From an uncultured Gammaproteobacteria bacterium (GTDB taxonomy: Bacteria > Patescibacteriota > Patescibacteriia > 2-01-FULL-39-33): a stretch of 64,000 nt of DNA. The notes under the pieces are model-generated. The model was not told where the DNA came from. It was given only the letters and a program-made list of their open reading frames with translations, and did not search any database. Each line of letters begins with the position of its first letter. Position 1 is the stretch's first letter. A program made the position numbers and the translations under genes. This document shows, piece by piece, positions 29,780-39,369 of this stretch. The stretch lies in contig CAZLFP010000001.1 of assembly GCA_964558935.1 (NCBI GenBank), forward strand, positions 83,260 through 147,259, read 5' to 3'.

Positions 29780-31192
29780 ATGCCGGATCAGACTCAAAGT
29801 TTAAACAAATTACCACCCCAAAACCTCGAAGCCGAAGAATCGCTGTTGGGTGCTTTACTCTTGGACAAGGATGCTGTCATTAAAGTGGCAGACTTAGTTA
29901 CCGGTGAAGACTTTTATTCAGATAATAATGGTTTGATTTACGATACTATTCTGGAACTGTTTGAGAAAAAACAAGCCATTGATCTATTGAGCTTAACCAG
30001 TCGATTACAGGAGAGAAACATACTGGACAAGATCGGAGGCCGCAGCTACTTGGTTAATTTGGGTAATCAGGTCCCCTCTTCCGCCCATGTCATATCCTAT
30101 GCTCAAATAATTCAGAAGAAAGCGACATTAAGAAGATTGATTTCTGCTGCTAACCATATTCTGGAGTTGGGTTTCCAGGAAGAGAAAGAGATTAATGAAG
30201 TCTTAGATAAATCTGAACAGTCCATTTTTAGTGTTTCCCAAAAATATTTAAAAGAAAAGTTTACCCCCATCAAGGACATACTGGCCGGTGCTTTTGAAAG
30301 AATTGAAGAATTACATCGAGAAAAAGGTAAGCTCAGAGGCTTACCCACTGGTTTTAAACAGTTGGATAACTTATTGGGCGGTTTGCAAAAATCAGATTTG
30401 GTGATTTTAGCAGCCAGACCTTCGGTCGGTAAAACTTCCTTAGCTTTGGATATGGCCAGGCAAATCGCCACCAAGGCCAAAAAAGCAGTGGGTATTTTTT
30501 CATTGGAAATGTCCAAAGAACAGTTAGTGGATAGGTTGATTTGTGCTGAAGCGGGAATTGGACTGTGGAAAATGCGTACCGGTAGATTGTCTGAAGGTGG
30601 TGATGATTTTCCGAAAATCGGACAGGCTATGAGTGAATTGTCTGAATCCCAAATCTATATCGATGATTTTGCCAATACCAATGTGATGGAACTTAGAACC
30701 AAAGCCAGGAGACTTCAAATGGAACATGGCTTGGATATTATTATCTTAGACTATTTACAATTAATGGAAGGCACTGGTTCTCGGTCATCAGATAATCGAG
30801 TTCAGGAAATTGCTGAAATTTCCAGAGCTTTAAAAGGGATTGCCAGAGAATTAGATATACCGGTGTTAGCTTTATCTCAGCTGTCAAGAGCGGTTGAAGC
30901 CAATCATCCAGCCATTCCCAAGCTCTCCCATCTTAGAGAATCCGGCTCTATTGAGCAAGACGCTGATGTGGTTATGTTTATCTACCGTAAAGCTGCTGAC
31001 CGGGGGTATGATCTTAATTCATTGTCAGAAGAAGAAAAACATACGGCTGAAATCCATATTGCCAAGCACAGAAATGGACCAACCGGCGTAGTTAATCTGT
31101 ATTTCGATGCTGAACAGGTCTGTTTCAAAAATTTAGACACTACCCATGAAGTACCGGCTGATGTGGATCATGAGGTTCAAGCTGCTATTTAA
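29780..31192 (+). CDS. dnaB: Replicative DNA helicase
   Basis: PPQNLEAE; AARPSVGKT; DYLQLM; LRESGSIEQDAD; KHRNGPTG. Confidence 0.97.
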   Translation: MPDQTQSLNKLPPQNLEAEESLLGALLLDKDAVIKVADLVTGEDFYSDNNGLIYDTILELFEKKQAIDLLSLTSRLQERNILDKIGGRSYLVNLGNQVPSSAHVISYAQIIQKKATLRRLISAANHILELGFQEEKEINEVLDKSEQSIFSVSQKYLKEKFTPIKDILAGAFERIEELHREKGKLRGLPTGFKQLDNLLGGLQKSDLVILAARPSVGKTSLALDMARQIATKAKKAVGIFSLEMSKEQLVDRLICAEAGIGLWKMRTGRLSEGGDDFPKIGQAMSELSESQIYIDDFANTNVMELRTKARRLQMEHGLDIIILDYLQLMEGTGSRSSDNRVQEIAEISRALKGIARELDIPVLALSQLSRAVEANHPAIPKLSHLRESGSIEQDADVVMFIYRKAADRGYDLNSLSEEEKHTAEIHIAKHRNGPTGVVNLYFDAEQVCFKNLDTTHEVPADVDHEVQAAI

Positions 31193-31206
31193 TCATAATA
31201 TAGAAT

Positions 31207-31503
31207 ATGTTCAACAAATTAAAACAAATTCAAGATCTGAGACAGCAAGCCAACCAAATTAAAACTGCTTTGGCTCAAGAGACGGTTGAAGGCAGTGGAG
31301 CTTGGGGTAAAATTATCATTACCATGGATGGTAACCAAGAAGTTAAGCAAGTTCAGATAGATCCTGAAATTTTGTCAGATCAGTCAAAAGTTGAGACGGG
31401 AGTTAAAGATGCTACAAATGATGCGATTAAAAAGGTGCAAAAAGTCATGGCTCAAAAAATGCAGCAAATGGGTGGTTTGAATTTACCGGGCATGGGTCAA
31501 TAA
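31207..31503 (+). CDS. ybaB: YbaB/EbfC nucleoid-associated protein
   Basis: TVEGS..G.I.ITMDGNQ...IDP; GGLNLPG. Confidence 0.9.
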   Translation: MFNKLKQIQDLRQQANQIKTALAQETVEGSGAWGKIIITMDGNQEVKQVQIDPEILSDQSKVETGVKDATNDAIKKVQKVMAQKMQQMGGLNLPGMGQ

Positions 31504-31507
31504 AAAA

Positions 31508-31537
31508 GGCCTCATCACCAAAAAATGATGATGAGGC
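31508..31537. terminator. Terminator between ybaB and a convergent small unit
   Basis: GCCTCATCA...TGATGAGGC. Confidence 0.65.
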
Positions 31538-31558
31538 GTCGACGATGGACCGCTGTGA

Positions 31559-31597
31559 CTAGATAAAAGCAAGCAGGAACAGGATAAACGCGAACAT
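31559..31597 (-). CDS. 12-aa hydrophobic micro-ORF (or truncated remnant)
   Basis: MFAFILFLLAFI*; GAGGAG SD; TTGACA-N17-TAAGAT promoter at 31672-31644. Confidence 0.35.
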   Translation of the reverse strand: MFAFILFLLAFI

Positions 31598-31718
31598 GGC
31601 TTTCTCCTCGGTATTTCTACTGGCCCATCCAATAGAATAGAGCATCTTAGCACATTAGTGTAATATTGTCAAGCGTAAAAAAATAACCCCTAACTTTGCA
31701 GCTAGGGGGTGGAAAACT

Positions 31719-31904
31719 CTAGGCCAGGGAGCCGATCAGCAACAAGCCGACCAACCTGCCGAGACCAACAATGCCTTCGACTACCATGCCGACTACCGGA
31801 GCAATTCCGTGGTAGACGGCAATACCGGCACCAAACATGGCGCCGATAACCGGTGCCAGCATTTCACTGATCACCTCAATCGGACCTGCCGAATCCCATA
31901 ACAT
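31719..31904 (-). CDS. 61-aa Gly-rich hydrophobic orphan protein
   Basis: Start moved to MLWD after a GGAGG SD; promoter TTGACA-N17-TAATAT at 31982-31954; terminator at ~31685-31710. Confidence 0.65.
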   Translation of the reverse strand: MLWDSAGPIEVISEMLAPVIGAMFGAGIAVYHGIAPVVGMVVEGIVGLGRLVGLLLIGSLA

Positions 31905-32047
31905 TGTCTTTCCTCCGTTGTCTAACCCAATGCCCAATGCATTAGATTGAAATATATTAGCATGTATTAATAATATTGTCAAGAGGAATATAATAAAAAA
32001 GGCCAAGATTCTCATAAGTCGCTACAAAGAGAATCTTGGCCGATAGC

Positions 32048-32470
32048 CTAGAGGGCAAGCACGAGTGCAATCCCCAGAATGCCGGCAATCCCGAACAAGG
32101 GACCGGCAATGAGGGCGCCTCCTACTAACAGCGGTATGCCAACGGCGACAACTGCTGTGGCAGCAAGAGCTAGGCCACCTACAAGCGCCGCACCGGTGCC
32201 CAGGGCAGCCAGGGTACCTCCCGTCAAAGCGATCAGATCGGTTCCGACATCAATGCCGGAATCATGACCGTAATCGAACTCGAAGGCCATGGCGGACTGA
32301 CTGGCACCCAACATGATCACCATGATCAATACCGGGAAAAACAGCTGTCGGATCACGTTCAGACTGAATTCCATCAACAGCCAAATGGGCTGCAGATTGA
32401 TTTCAAAGCTGGCCGTGGTTTCCTCCCACCAGTGCAATCCCGATGTAAGGGGGTTCCAATTCCACAACAT
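32048..32470 (-). CDS. 140-aa orphan protein with a long Gly/Ala-rich hydrophobic C-terminus
   Basis: Start moved to MLWN after a GGAGG SD; promoter TTGACA-N17-TAAGAT at 32595-32567; terminator at 32001-32041. Confidence 0.65.
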   Translation of the reverse strand: MLWNWNPLTSGLHWWEETTASFEINLQPIWLLMEFSLNVIRQLFFPVLIMVIMLGASQSAMAFEFDYGHDSGIDVGTDLIALTGGTLAALGTGAALVGGLALAATAVVAVGIPLLVGGALIAGPLFGIAGILGIALVLAL

Positions 32471-32610
32471 ATCGTTTTCCTCCAACATTTGGAACAAACG
32501 TTACGCACTTTCAATCTCTGACTTGTTCAGAGTTGAAGTGCTAATCCTAAACTTTAGGATCAAACCATCTTACCATTATTACTCTTTTTTGTCAATAGTT
32601 AAGTATTAAA

Positions 32611-33102
32611 ATGACTAAATTTAAACAAATAAGTATTCAATATGCTGCCCAATTACTAAATTTGTGGCAAATGAATCTACTGGAACCGGCCAATTTTTTA
32701 GTAGATCCGGATAAATTTGATGTTAATCTTCAAGATCTCCAAGCTCAACTTAATTCCCCTTATGACCATTACTTCGGTGCTTTTAACGGTCAACAATTAA
32801 TCGCTTATTGCCTGCTGAGGCAGGGTGAGTATTTAAAAAACCGGCATACTGCCAGCTTGGAAATCTATGTCAGACCGGAAGTGCGAGAACAAGGAATTGG
32901 TTTGTCTTTATGTCAATTCAGTTTAAACAATATCAGACAACAAGGTGTGAAGCGTGTTACACTAGAGGTATGGGCCAATAATCCATCTGCTTTAAAGTTG
33001 TATCAAAAGATGGGTTTTAAATTAGAGGGAACTTGCCACAAGGCATATAAAATTGGAGCCAAGTATGTAGATAGTTATTTACTGGCCAAGTGGTTAGCCT
33101 AA
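32611..33102 (+). CDS. GNAT family N-acetyltransferase
   Basis: YVRPEVREQGIG; N..ALKLYQKMGF. Confidence 0.9.
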   Translation: MTKFKQISIQYAAQLLNLWQMNLLEPANFLVDPDKFDVNLQDLQAQLNSPYDHYFGAFNGQQLIAYCLLRQGEYLKNRHTASLEIYVRPEVREQGIGLSLCQFSLNNIRQQGVKRVTLEVWANNPSALKLYQKMGFKLEGTCHKAYKIGAKYVDSYLLAKWLA

Positions 33103-33113
33103 TTATTATAACT

Positions 33114-33710
33114 ATGCATCCCAAACAAATCCAAAATTTGATTAATCAATTAGCTAGATTACCGAGTATTGGCCCCAAAAGCGCTGAAAGATTGGTTTTT
33201 TATTTGGTTAAACAGTCTCAAGCAGACTTGGAGATCTTGGCTAAAAGTATTCAAGATTTAAAGGCTAGTTTAACCACGTGTGAATGTTGTGGCAATTATA
33301 CCGTCGCTAATCCTTGCAGTATTTGTTCAGATACCAGACGTAATCGAGGTTTAATTTGTGTCGTCGCCAAACCGCAAGATATTTTAGCTTTGGAGAAAAC
33401 CGGTCACTATCACGGAGTCTACCATCTTTTGGGTGGCACTTTAAATGCACTGGCAGACATTAAACCCTCGGATTTAAATCTAAGTCGGTTAATTCAAAGA
33501 TTAAAAAAAGATCAAATTCAAGAAGTCATCTTAGCCTTTAACCCGGATATGGAAGGAGAAACTACCATGCTTTATTTAGCCAAACTGATCAAACAATATC
33601 CAGATATTAAAATCAGTCGTTTAGCTAGAGGTTTGCCCATGGGTGCTGATCTGGAGTACGCTGATGAGGTGACGCTCGACAATGCCCTAAACAGTCGTCA
33701 GTCCATCTAA
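33114..33710 (+). CDS. recR: Recombination mediator RecR
   Basis: LPSIGPKSAERL; C4 zinc finger; Toprim; GLPMGADLEYAD; start taken at MHPK. Confidence 0.96.
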   Translation: MHPKQIQNLINQLARLPSIGPKSAERLVFYLVKQSQADLEILAKSIQDLKASLTTCECCGNYTVANPCSICSDTRRNRGLICVVAKPQDILALEKTGHYHGVYHLLGGTLNALADIKPSDLNLSRLIQRLKKDQIQEVILAFNPDMEGETTMLYLAKLIKQYPDIKISRLARGLPMGADLEYADEVTLDNALNSRQSI

Positions 33711-33734
33711 AAACCGCTCTACTGAGCGGTTTTT
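33710..33734. terminator. Bidirectional terminator recR/rplU
   Basis: AAAACCGCTC...GAGCGGTTTT. Confidence 0.75.
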
Positions 33735-34037
33735 TTAAATAGACTGGATTTTAACTTGTGAGTACGTTTGTCTATGTCCAAATTTTGTTGCTTGTCTGGT
33801 TTTTGGCTTGTATTTAATACCTGTTACCTTAGCTGATTTTCCAACCTGAGTCACCTGGCCAGTCACTTTACTGGCTAACATTGGAGTACCCAATTCCACA
33901 CTAGCTTGGTCTGCTTTCAGTAATGTATCAAATTCAACTGTCTCACCGATTTCAGCTTGTAATTTTTCGACTTTCAGACTGTCGCCTGGCTTGACAATGT
34001 ACTGTTTACCACCTGTTTTAATAATCGCTAAACTCAT
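33735..34037 (-). CDS. rplU: 50S ribosomal protein L21
   Basis: AIIKTGGKQY; GHRQ. Confidence 0.96.
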   Translation of the reverse strand: MSLAIIKTGGKQYIVKPGDSLKVEKLQAEIGETVEFDTLLKADQASVELGTPMLASKVTGQVTQVGKSAKVTGIKYKPKTRQATKFGHRQTYSQVKIQSI

Positions 34038-34088
34038 ATTATAGATTTAAGATTTACCCTCATATATTACCTAATAATACATACTTTG

Positions 34089-34535
34089 TCAATATTTAAA
34101 AACATCCCCTACCTGAATGTCATATTTGTCCACAAAACCTGCGTTAACTTCCAATACTAAATTAACCTCAGTGTTGGAAGAACAGGTTTTCGGATGCTGA
34201 TGCAGTTCCGGAGCCGGCATATCCTGACAATAGCCAATCACTTGGTTGTCTCGAATCCAAATAATATCCAAGGGAAAATTCATGTGTCGCATGACAAAAG
34301 TTCGAGGCTCATATTCATCGAAAATAAACAGCATGCCAGTGTTTGCTGGTAATTCTACTCGGTTGCTTAATCCTTGGTAACGCTCTTGTGGATCATCTGC
34401 AATTTCCAAGCGAATCATATGCTTACCTATTTGTGCTTTGGGCAACAAATAATTGTAATAGATGAGAAAGCCTGAGACAGCCAGACCAATCACCATCAGT
34501 AGAGCTAATAAATCAAGAAGTTTGGATTTTAACAT
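34089..34535 (-). CDS. DUF192 protein
   Basis: EIAD...GLS.R..GMLF.F...M.FPLDIIW...VLEVNAG. Confidence 0.88.
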   Translation of the reverse strand: MLKSKLLDLLALLMVIGLAVSGFLIYYNYLLPKAQIGKHMIRLEIADDPQERYQGLSNRVELPANTGMLFIFDEYEPRTFVMRHMNFPLDIIWIRDNQVIGYCQDMPAPELHQHPKTCSSNTEVNLVLEVNAGFVDKYDIQVGDVFKY

Positions 34536-35574
34536 GTAGATAATATGATAAAGTGACCATTAAGATGATTAAGACGCTTAAACTGATTAACTTACCCAAA
34601 CTGGTGGACATAACAGCCAGAGATCCAAATACCAGTGCGATTAAATAGAATATCAGAACCACCTGTCTTTTGGATAAGCCGATTTTTAAGAGTTGGTAGT
34701 GCAAATGTTTGTTATCTGCATGACGAAAGGGAGACTGACCGGCTAAGAGTCTTTGAATAATCACCCAAATTAAGTCTAGAATCGGCAAACCAATAATGAG
34801 TAAAGTAGTAATAATCTTTGAGCCTGAGATGATAGATAAAATACCGAGTAAAAAACCGACAGCTACACTCCCCCCTTCTCCTAAAAATATTTTAGCCGGT
34901 TGCCAATTAAAGATCAAGAAACTCAGACAAGCACCCAACAGAGCCAATGACCAAAAACTGGTCGCTGACGCTGAAATATCCCAACTTAGACTAAGAATAA
35001 AGATGTAGAAACTAGCAATAGCTGTCATGCCAGTGACCAAACCATCCAAGCCATCTAAGATTTTAGTTGTGTACATCATACCCATCAGCCAGATAAAAGT
35101 GACCATATAACTGACTATGGGACCAAGATAGATAATGGCATGATCAGGTCCTCCGAATGGGTTGGTTATGTATGAAATATTAATACCCGCCAGCAAAGTT
35201 ATACCGGCTGCCATAAGTGGCCAAATGATTTGTTGCCAGGGTTTGAGATTATACTTGTCATCCAAATAACCACCTATGAGAATTAAAATACAGCTTACAA
35301 TGACGGATAATATATAGCTATCAGGAATTTTATCAAAGTTAGCCAAGTGCCAAATTCTACCGAAAATTAACATCACTAACACAGAGATAATAATGGCAGT
35401 CCCACCCAATAAGGGTATGGGCTGTTGATGAACTTTTCTTGGCAAATTCGGCTTATCTATAATCTGGTTAGCTAGAGCAAAGTGGCGAATAACCGGCACT
35501 AATACGAGGGTCAAGCCAAAACTACCCAATAAAGCGATCACATAATTAATGTTTAAGTTAAGCATACTGCGCAA
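34513..35574 (-). CDS. MraY/WecA/TagO family polyprenyl-phosphate GlcNAc-1-P transferase
   Basis: GYLDDK; DGLDGL; PAKIFLGEGG; HLHY. Confidence 0.92.
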   Translation of the reverse strand: MRSMLNLNINYVIALLGSFGLTLVLVPVIRHFALANQIIDKPNLPRKVHQQPIPLLGGTAIIISVLVMLIFGRIWHLANFDKIPDSYILSVIVSCILILIGGYLDDKYNLKPWQQIIWPLMAAGITLLAGINISYITNPFGGPDHAIIYLGPIVSYMVTFIWLMGMMYTTKILDGLDGLVTGMTAIASFYIFILSLSWDISASATSFWSLALLGACLSFLIFNWQPAKIFLGEGGSVAVGFLLGILSIISGSKIITTLLIIGLPILDLIWVIIQRLLAGQSPFRHADNKHLHYQLLKIGLSKRQVVLIFYLIALVFGSLAVMSTSLGKLISLSVLIILMVTLSYYLHVKIQTS

Positions 35575-35617
35575 TAAGGAAAGACTCTAATCTAGGATTA
35601 GAGTCGGTTGGCTGAGG

Positions 35618-35881
35618 TTAGGTTAAGATTGCTGGATCATCAGAGATTTCAATCTCCCAAGTTTCCAGATCAAAATCGCCAATCGGAATACTGTGTACGG
35701 CTCCATTGTCTGTCTTGGCGAAAATTTGAGTCGTGGGGTACTTTTTCGCCATGTGAGCGAAAACCTGGAAAGCTGTTTCCGGATCAGCGCTATAGCCTGT
35801 GAAATTCCTGATCTCACAACTCTGACCCTGAAACCTGCCTTTCCAGGCTCGACATCGAATGGTAGATGTTGGCTGTATCAC
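35618..35881 (-). CDS. 87-aa orphan protein
   Basis: AAGGGAG SD before GTG; TATAAT upstream; terminator GACTCTAATC/GATTAGAGTC at 35584-35606. Confidence 0.55.
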   Translation of the reverse strand: MIQPTSTIRCRAWKGRFQGQSCEIRNFTGYSADPETAFQVFAHMAKKYPTTQIFAKTDNGAVHSIPIGDFDLETWEIEISDDPAILT

Positions 35882-35962
35882 GTATTTACTCCCTTAAATC
35901 ATGATTCCGGTTTAGGATTACTCCTCAGACACCTGCATTATATCATAAGCCTTAATTATTGA

Positions 35963-36259
35963 CTAATGATTATTTTTTTTAATATCTTGCTGTTCAAAAT
36001 AAATATATTTAATCCAAATTTTCTTGAAATAGCCAATAGTTAATGTGGATAGAATGAAACCAACTGTCGGTATTAGAGCGTTAATCAGGGGTCTGGGTAA
36101 TTGACCCACAACAAAAAAAAGTAAAACCACCAAATAAGTCAAAACAGCAGTCATAATTCTGCGAAACCAACTGTTATTCCAAGCATAGTTTAAATCATTG
36201 GACTTACATTTGAATTCCAATTTAGCCAACTGATCTTCAATTTGGTTGTGCTTGCTCAT
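35963..36259 (-). CDS. Small two-TM hypothetical protein coupled to tgt
   Basis: 4-nt overlap with the tgt stop; two hydrophobic helices. Confidence 0.7.
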   Translation of the reverse strand: MSKHNQIEDQLAKLEFKCKSNDLNYAWNNSWFRRIMTAVLTYLVVLLFFVVGQLPRPLINALIPTVGFILSTLTIGYFKKIWIKYIYFEQQDIKKNNH

Positions 36260-37344
36260 AAGATATGATGTTTAATCGCTGATCTAAGCTCTGTCATTAA
36301 GTTTAGATAAAAATGTAAATTATTTAAAGTGGCCAATCTTAAAGCCAAAGGTTCATGTGTTTTAAACAGGTGATGTAAATAAGCTTTGGAGTAATCCGCT
36401 AAAATGGCTGAATTAAGACTGGATGTGTCTAAAGCATACTTGGCATTATTAATGTTAATGGTAGTGTAGTTTAATTTACCTCGAGAAATCAGTTGCGCAT
36501 GAGTTTTAACATATAACCTGCCATGTCGAGCTTCTCTGGTGGGAATAACACAATCGAACATATCCACACCTTGCTTCACTGCTTGAAAAATATTATCCGG
36601 AGTGCCTACACCCATTAAATACCTGGGTTTACTTTTGGGCATCTCAGGCACTAAAGCTTTTAATACTCCATACATTTCAGCATGACTCTCACCAACTGCC
36701 AAGCCACCAATGGCATAACCATCAAAATTTAGTTTGACCAAATCAGCTAAACTGCGCTGTCTCAAATCCGGAAATAATCCACCTTGAACAATTCCAAATA
36801 AGAGCTGACCGGGCGTTTGGTGGTGTTTTTTAGCGATCTCAGCCCAACGACTGGTTATGGTCACTGCTTCTAAGACTTCCTGCCGCTCGGCTTGGGAACT
36901 GGGGCAAATATCCAATACCATGGCAATATCTGAACCAATTACAGCTTGTATATCCAAGACTTTTTTGGGTGTTAAAAGTCGCTGACTGCCATCGATATGG
37001 GATTGAAATTCAATCCCTTGAGGTAGAATCTTTCTGATTTTAGCTAGTGAAAAAACTTGGAAACCGCCACTGTCTGTTAAAATGGGTCTGTTCCAATCCA
37101 TAAATCGATGCAAGCCAGCTTGTTTTTTAAGAACTTTCAAACCAGGTTGAAGAAACAAGTGGTAAGTATTAGACAAGATGATTTGAGCCTGTAAAGCCAC
37201 TAAATCTTTACTGGTTAAACTTTTAACCGCAGCTTTGGTCGCAATTGGCATGAAACAAGGAGTTGCTATTTGACCGTGACGGGTTTTCAAACTACCTAAT
37301 CTGGCTTGAGAAATTTGAGATTGCTTGATTAGTCTAAAGGACAT
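36256..37344 (-). CDS. tgt: tRNA-guanine transglycosylase
   Basis: LSNTYHL; TDSGGFQVFSL; GIVQGG; GGLAVGE; DMFDCV. Confidence 0.96.
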   Translation of the reverse strand: MSFRLIKQSQISQARLGSLKTRHGQIATPCFMPIATKAAVKSLTSKDLVALQAQIILSNTYHLFLQPGLKVLKKQAGLHRFMDWNRPILTDSGGFQVFSLAKIRKILPQGIEFQSHIDGSQRLLTPKKVLDIQAVIGSDIAMVLDICPSSQAERQEVLEAVTITSRWAEIAKKHHQTPGQLLFGIVQGGLFPDLRQRSLADLVKLNFDGYAIGGLAVGESHAEMYGVLKALVPEMPKSKPRYLMGVGTPDNIFQAVKQGVDMFDCVIPTREARHGRLYVKTHAQLISRGKLNYTTININNAKYALDTSSLNSAILADYSKAYLHHLFKTHEPLALRLATLNNLHFYLNLMTELRSAIKHHIL

Positions 37345-37345
37345 G

Positions 37346-39358
37346 TTATTCTACTATACCGCTAGTTTCACCTAAAATGGGATCATCTAATTCCGTGGTA
37401 ATGGCTTTTAATTTCTGGCTAATGTCTGCGCCCGTGTTCTTATCTTTACCAATTAAAGTTAACTCTGAAACTAACAGTAAAACTTTGCCGGCATCTTCCA
37501 AAGTCGGAGTTAAACTCACATTAAAACTGGCTTCAGTTTGACCTGCACTCTTAGACAAATTGGCGATTTGCCAAATAACTTTATTATTACTCTGGTCATA
37601 GATTAAATCTCCACTGATATGATTGGCCTTATCTGCCCAACTGACTTTGCCTTTGGGTAAAGTTGCTGTGACTTTAACATTTTCTATATCATGCAAATTA
37701 TTTGTGATTTCAAGCAAGATATTGTATTCAGATTCTTCATCAACATGTGGTATATACTGGCCCGCACCCAAAGCGATGTTGTCCGAATCATAGTACCTGG
37801 CTAAACCGATGAGGCTCAGATCTGAATTGATGGAATTGGTAATGGGTTGTGTTTTAACGGTGATAACTTGGTCAGAATCTACAACTTTGAAGTCAGCTTG
37901 GATGGTATTTTCAACACTGAACTTGGCAATTTGTTCGTCACTCACGACTGAAGCATCTTTAACCCTGATTTTCCAGGAAATCTCACCTTCTTCACCCGGT
38001 TTTAACTTCAAGAGCTGAGATACATCTTTACCATCCCAGATTATTTGGTTATTGGCAAATTGCCCCTTATTTTCGTCTTCCAAGGTCGACCAATTTAGAA
38101 TTTCAGAATCTAAATTGGCAGTCAGAGTAATATCCTCCAATTCTTCTTGACCGGCATTGGCGTATGTTAAAGTGTAAACGAGTAAATCTTCAAAACCAAT
38201 TGGCTGATCTTCTGATGAACCATTGATGATCAATTGCAGGTTGAGCTGATCTTTTATCACTCTGGTGACAATCGAATCCTCGGCTTGAGGATAATAATCA
38301 CTGCCCTGCTGCAACTGGATTCGAGCCTTAAACTCTTGATTCTGAGCTTTGACAGTGGCTGCATAATTGCCGGTGATCTTAATTTCTTGTCTGGTCTCAG
38401 GCTCCAACTTGACGATTTCCCAAGTGTCATTGGTATCCGATTCAGATTCAGGCTCAGCGCTTTCTAAAACAAAGCCTTGTGGATATTCCACCACTAACTG
38501 CAAATTGGAAATCGTTTCATCTCCGACATTTAAATAGCTCAGTGTGTATTCGGCTGTTTGATCAGCTAAAATACGGTCTGGACCCTCAATATCCAAATCT
38601 ATCAATGAAGAACCAATCATTACGTCCACAATAGCTTCCTGTTTAAAAGTGGCATTTAAATTTTCCGGCTTAAAGTTCAAAGCAGCGTTAAAAGATTTGA
38701 CTGAATTGATGGAACCGACAATACTGCCCTTGAAAGTGATTTTTTTGGTTTCTCCGGTGCGTAACAAGCTAAATTTCCAAGTATTGCTGTTTTCACCAGC
38801 TGCTTTGGGAGAAGTATCTGTTAAGACAAAATTATCTGGATAAAAAACCTGCAATTCGGCATTGTAAAGATTGACCTGTTCTTGGTTGTTAATAATGATC
38901 GTGTATTCAGCTTCTTCTCCAGACGTCAGAGTCAGAGGAGGATCTATTTTTAAACTAATTTGTTCATTGGTAAATTTGTCGCTTTCGACTAGATTGGTAA
39001 AAACCACGAAACCGGCAATTGAAACAGCTAGTAGGACAGCCAAGAGTCCGATTAAAGTGTAGATGATTATAAACCAAATGGGCTTTTTACCGGTATCTAA
39101 CGTGGTCATATCTGGAATATGACCGTCTCTATCTGCGTAAACTTCAGCCAAGTCTCTTTGAATTTCTTTTTCCTGATTAGTTTCGTCATCTACCTGTACA
39201 TTCATAATTTGTTTACCTTTGGATTTGGCTTCAATAGAATCAATAATGCCGTCTTGCATGGTTTCCACATCTTGTTTAAACACTGACTTAGTCTTAACTG
39301 ATTCGTCTATTCTTTTAGATTTAAACTTACCGGTCACTGAGTTGTCTTTTTTAGGCAT
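37346..39358 (-). CDS. Membrane-anchored protein with tandem Ig-like (DUF11-like) domains
   Basis: Single TM; repeated Y.I.Y.N...P.(G/N)F...W...L..GE units. Confidence 0.7.
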   Translation of the reverse strand: MPKKDNSVTGKFKSKRIDESVKTKSVFKQDVETMQDGIIDSIEAKSKGKQIMNVQVDDETNQEKEIQRDLAEVYADRDGHIPDMTTLDTGKKPIWFIIIYTLIGLLAVLLAVSIAGFVVFTNLVESDKFTNEQISLKIDPPLTLTSGEEAEYTIIINNQEQVNLYNAELQVFYPDNFVLTDTSPKAAGENSNTWKFSLLRTGETKKITFKGSIVGSINSVKSFNAALNFKPENLNATFKQEAIVDVMIGSSLIDLDIEGPDRILADQTAEYTLSYLNVGDETISNLQLVVEYPQGFVLESAEPESESDTNDTWEIVKLEPETRQEIKITGNYAATVKAQNQEFKARIQLQQGSDYYPQAEDSIVTRVIKDQLNLQLIINGSSEDQPIGFEDLLVYTLTYANAGQEELEDITLTANLDSEILNWSTLEDENKGQFANNQIIWDGKDVSQLLKLKPGEEGEISWKIRVKDASVVSDEQIAKFSVENTIQADFKVVDSDQVITVKTQPITNSINSDLSLIGLARYYDSDNIALGAGQYIPHVDEESEYNILLEITNNLHDIENVKVTATLPKGKVSWADKANHISGDLIYDQSNNKVIWQIANLSKSAGQTEASFNVSLTPTLEDAGKVLLLVSELTLIGKDKNTGADISQKLKAITTELDDPILGETSGIVE

Positions 39359-39369
39359 AGCTAAAGCAA

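Noticed and set aside
31905-32015. N-terminal 37 aa of the 98-aa ORF in the track
   Set aside because: This stretch holds the promoter, the SD and the neighbouring terminator; the SD-led start is 31904
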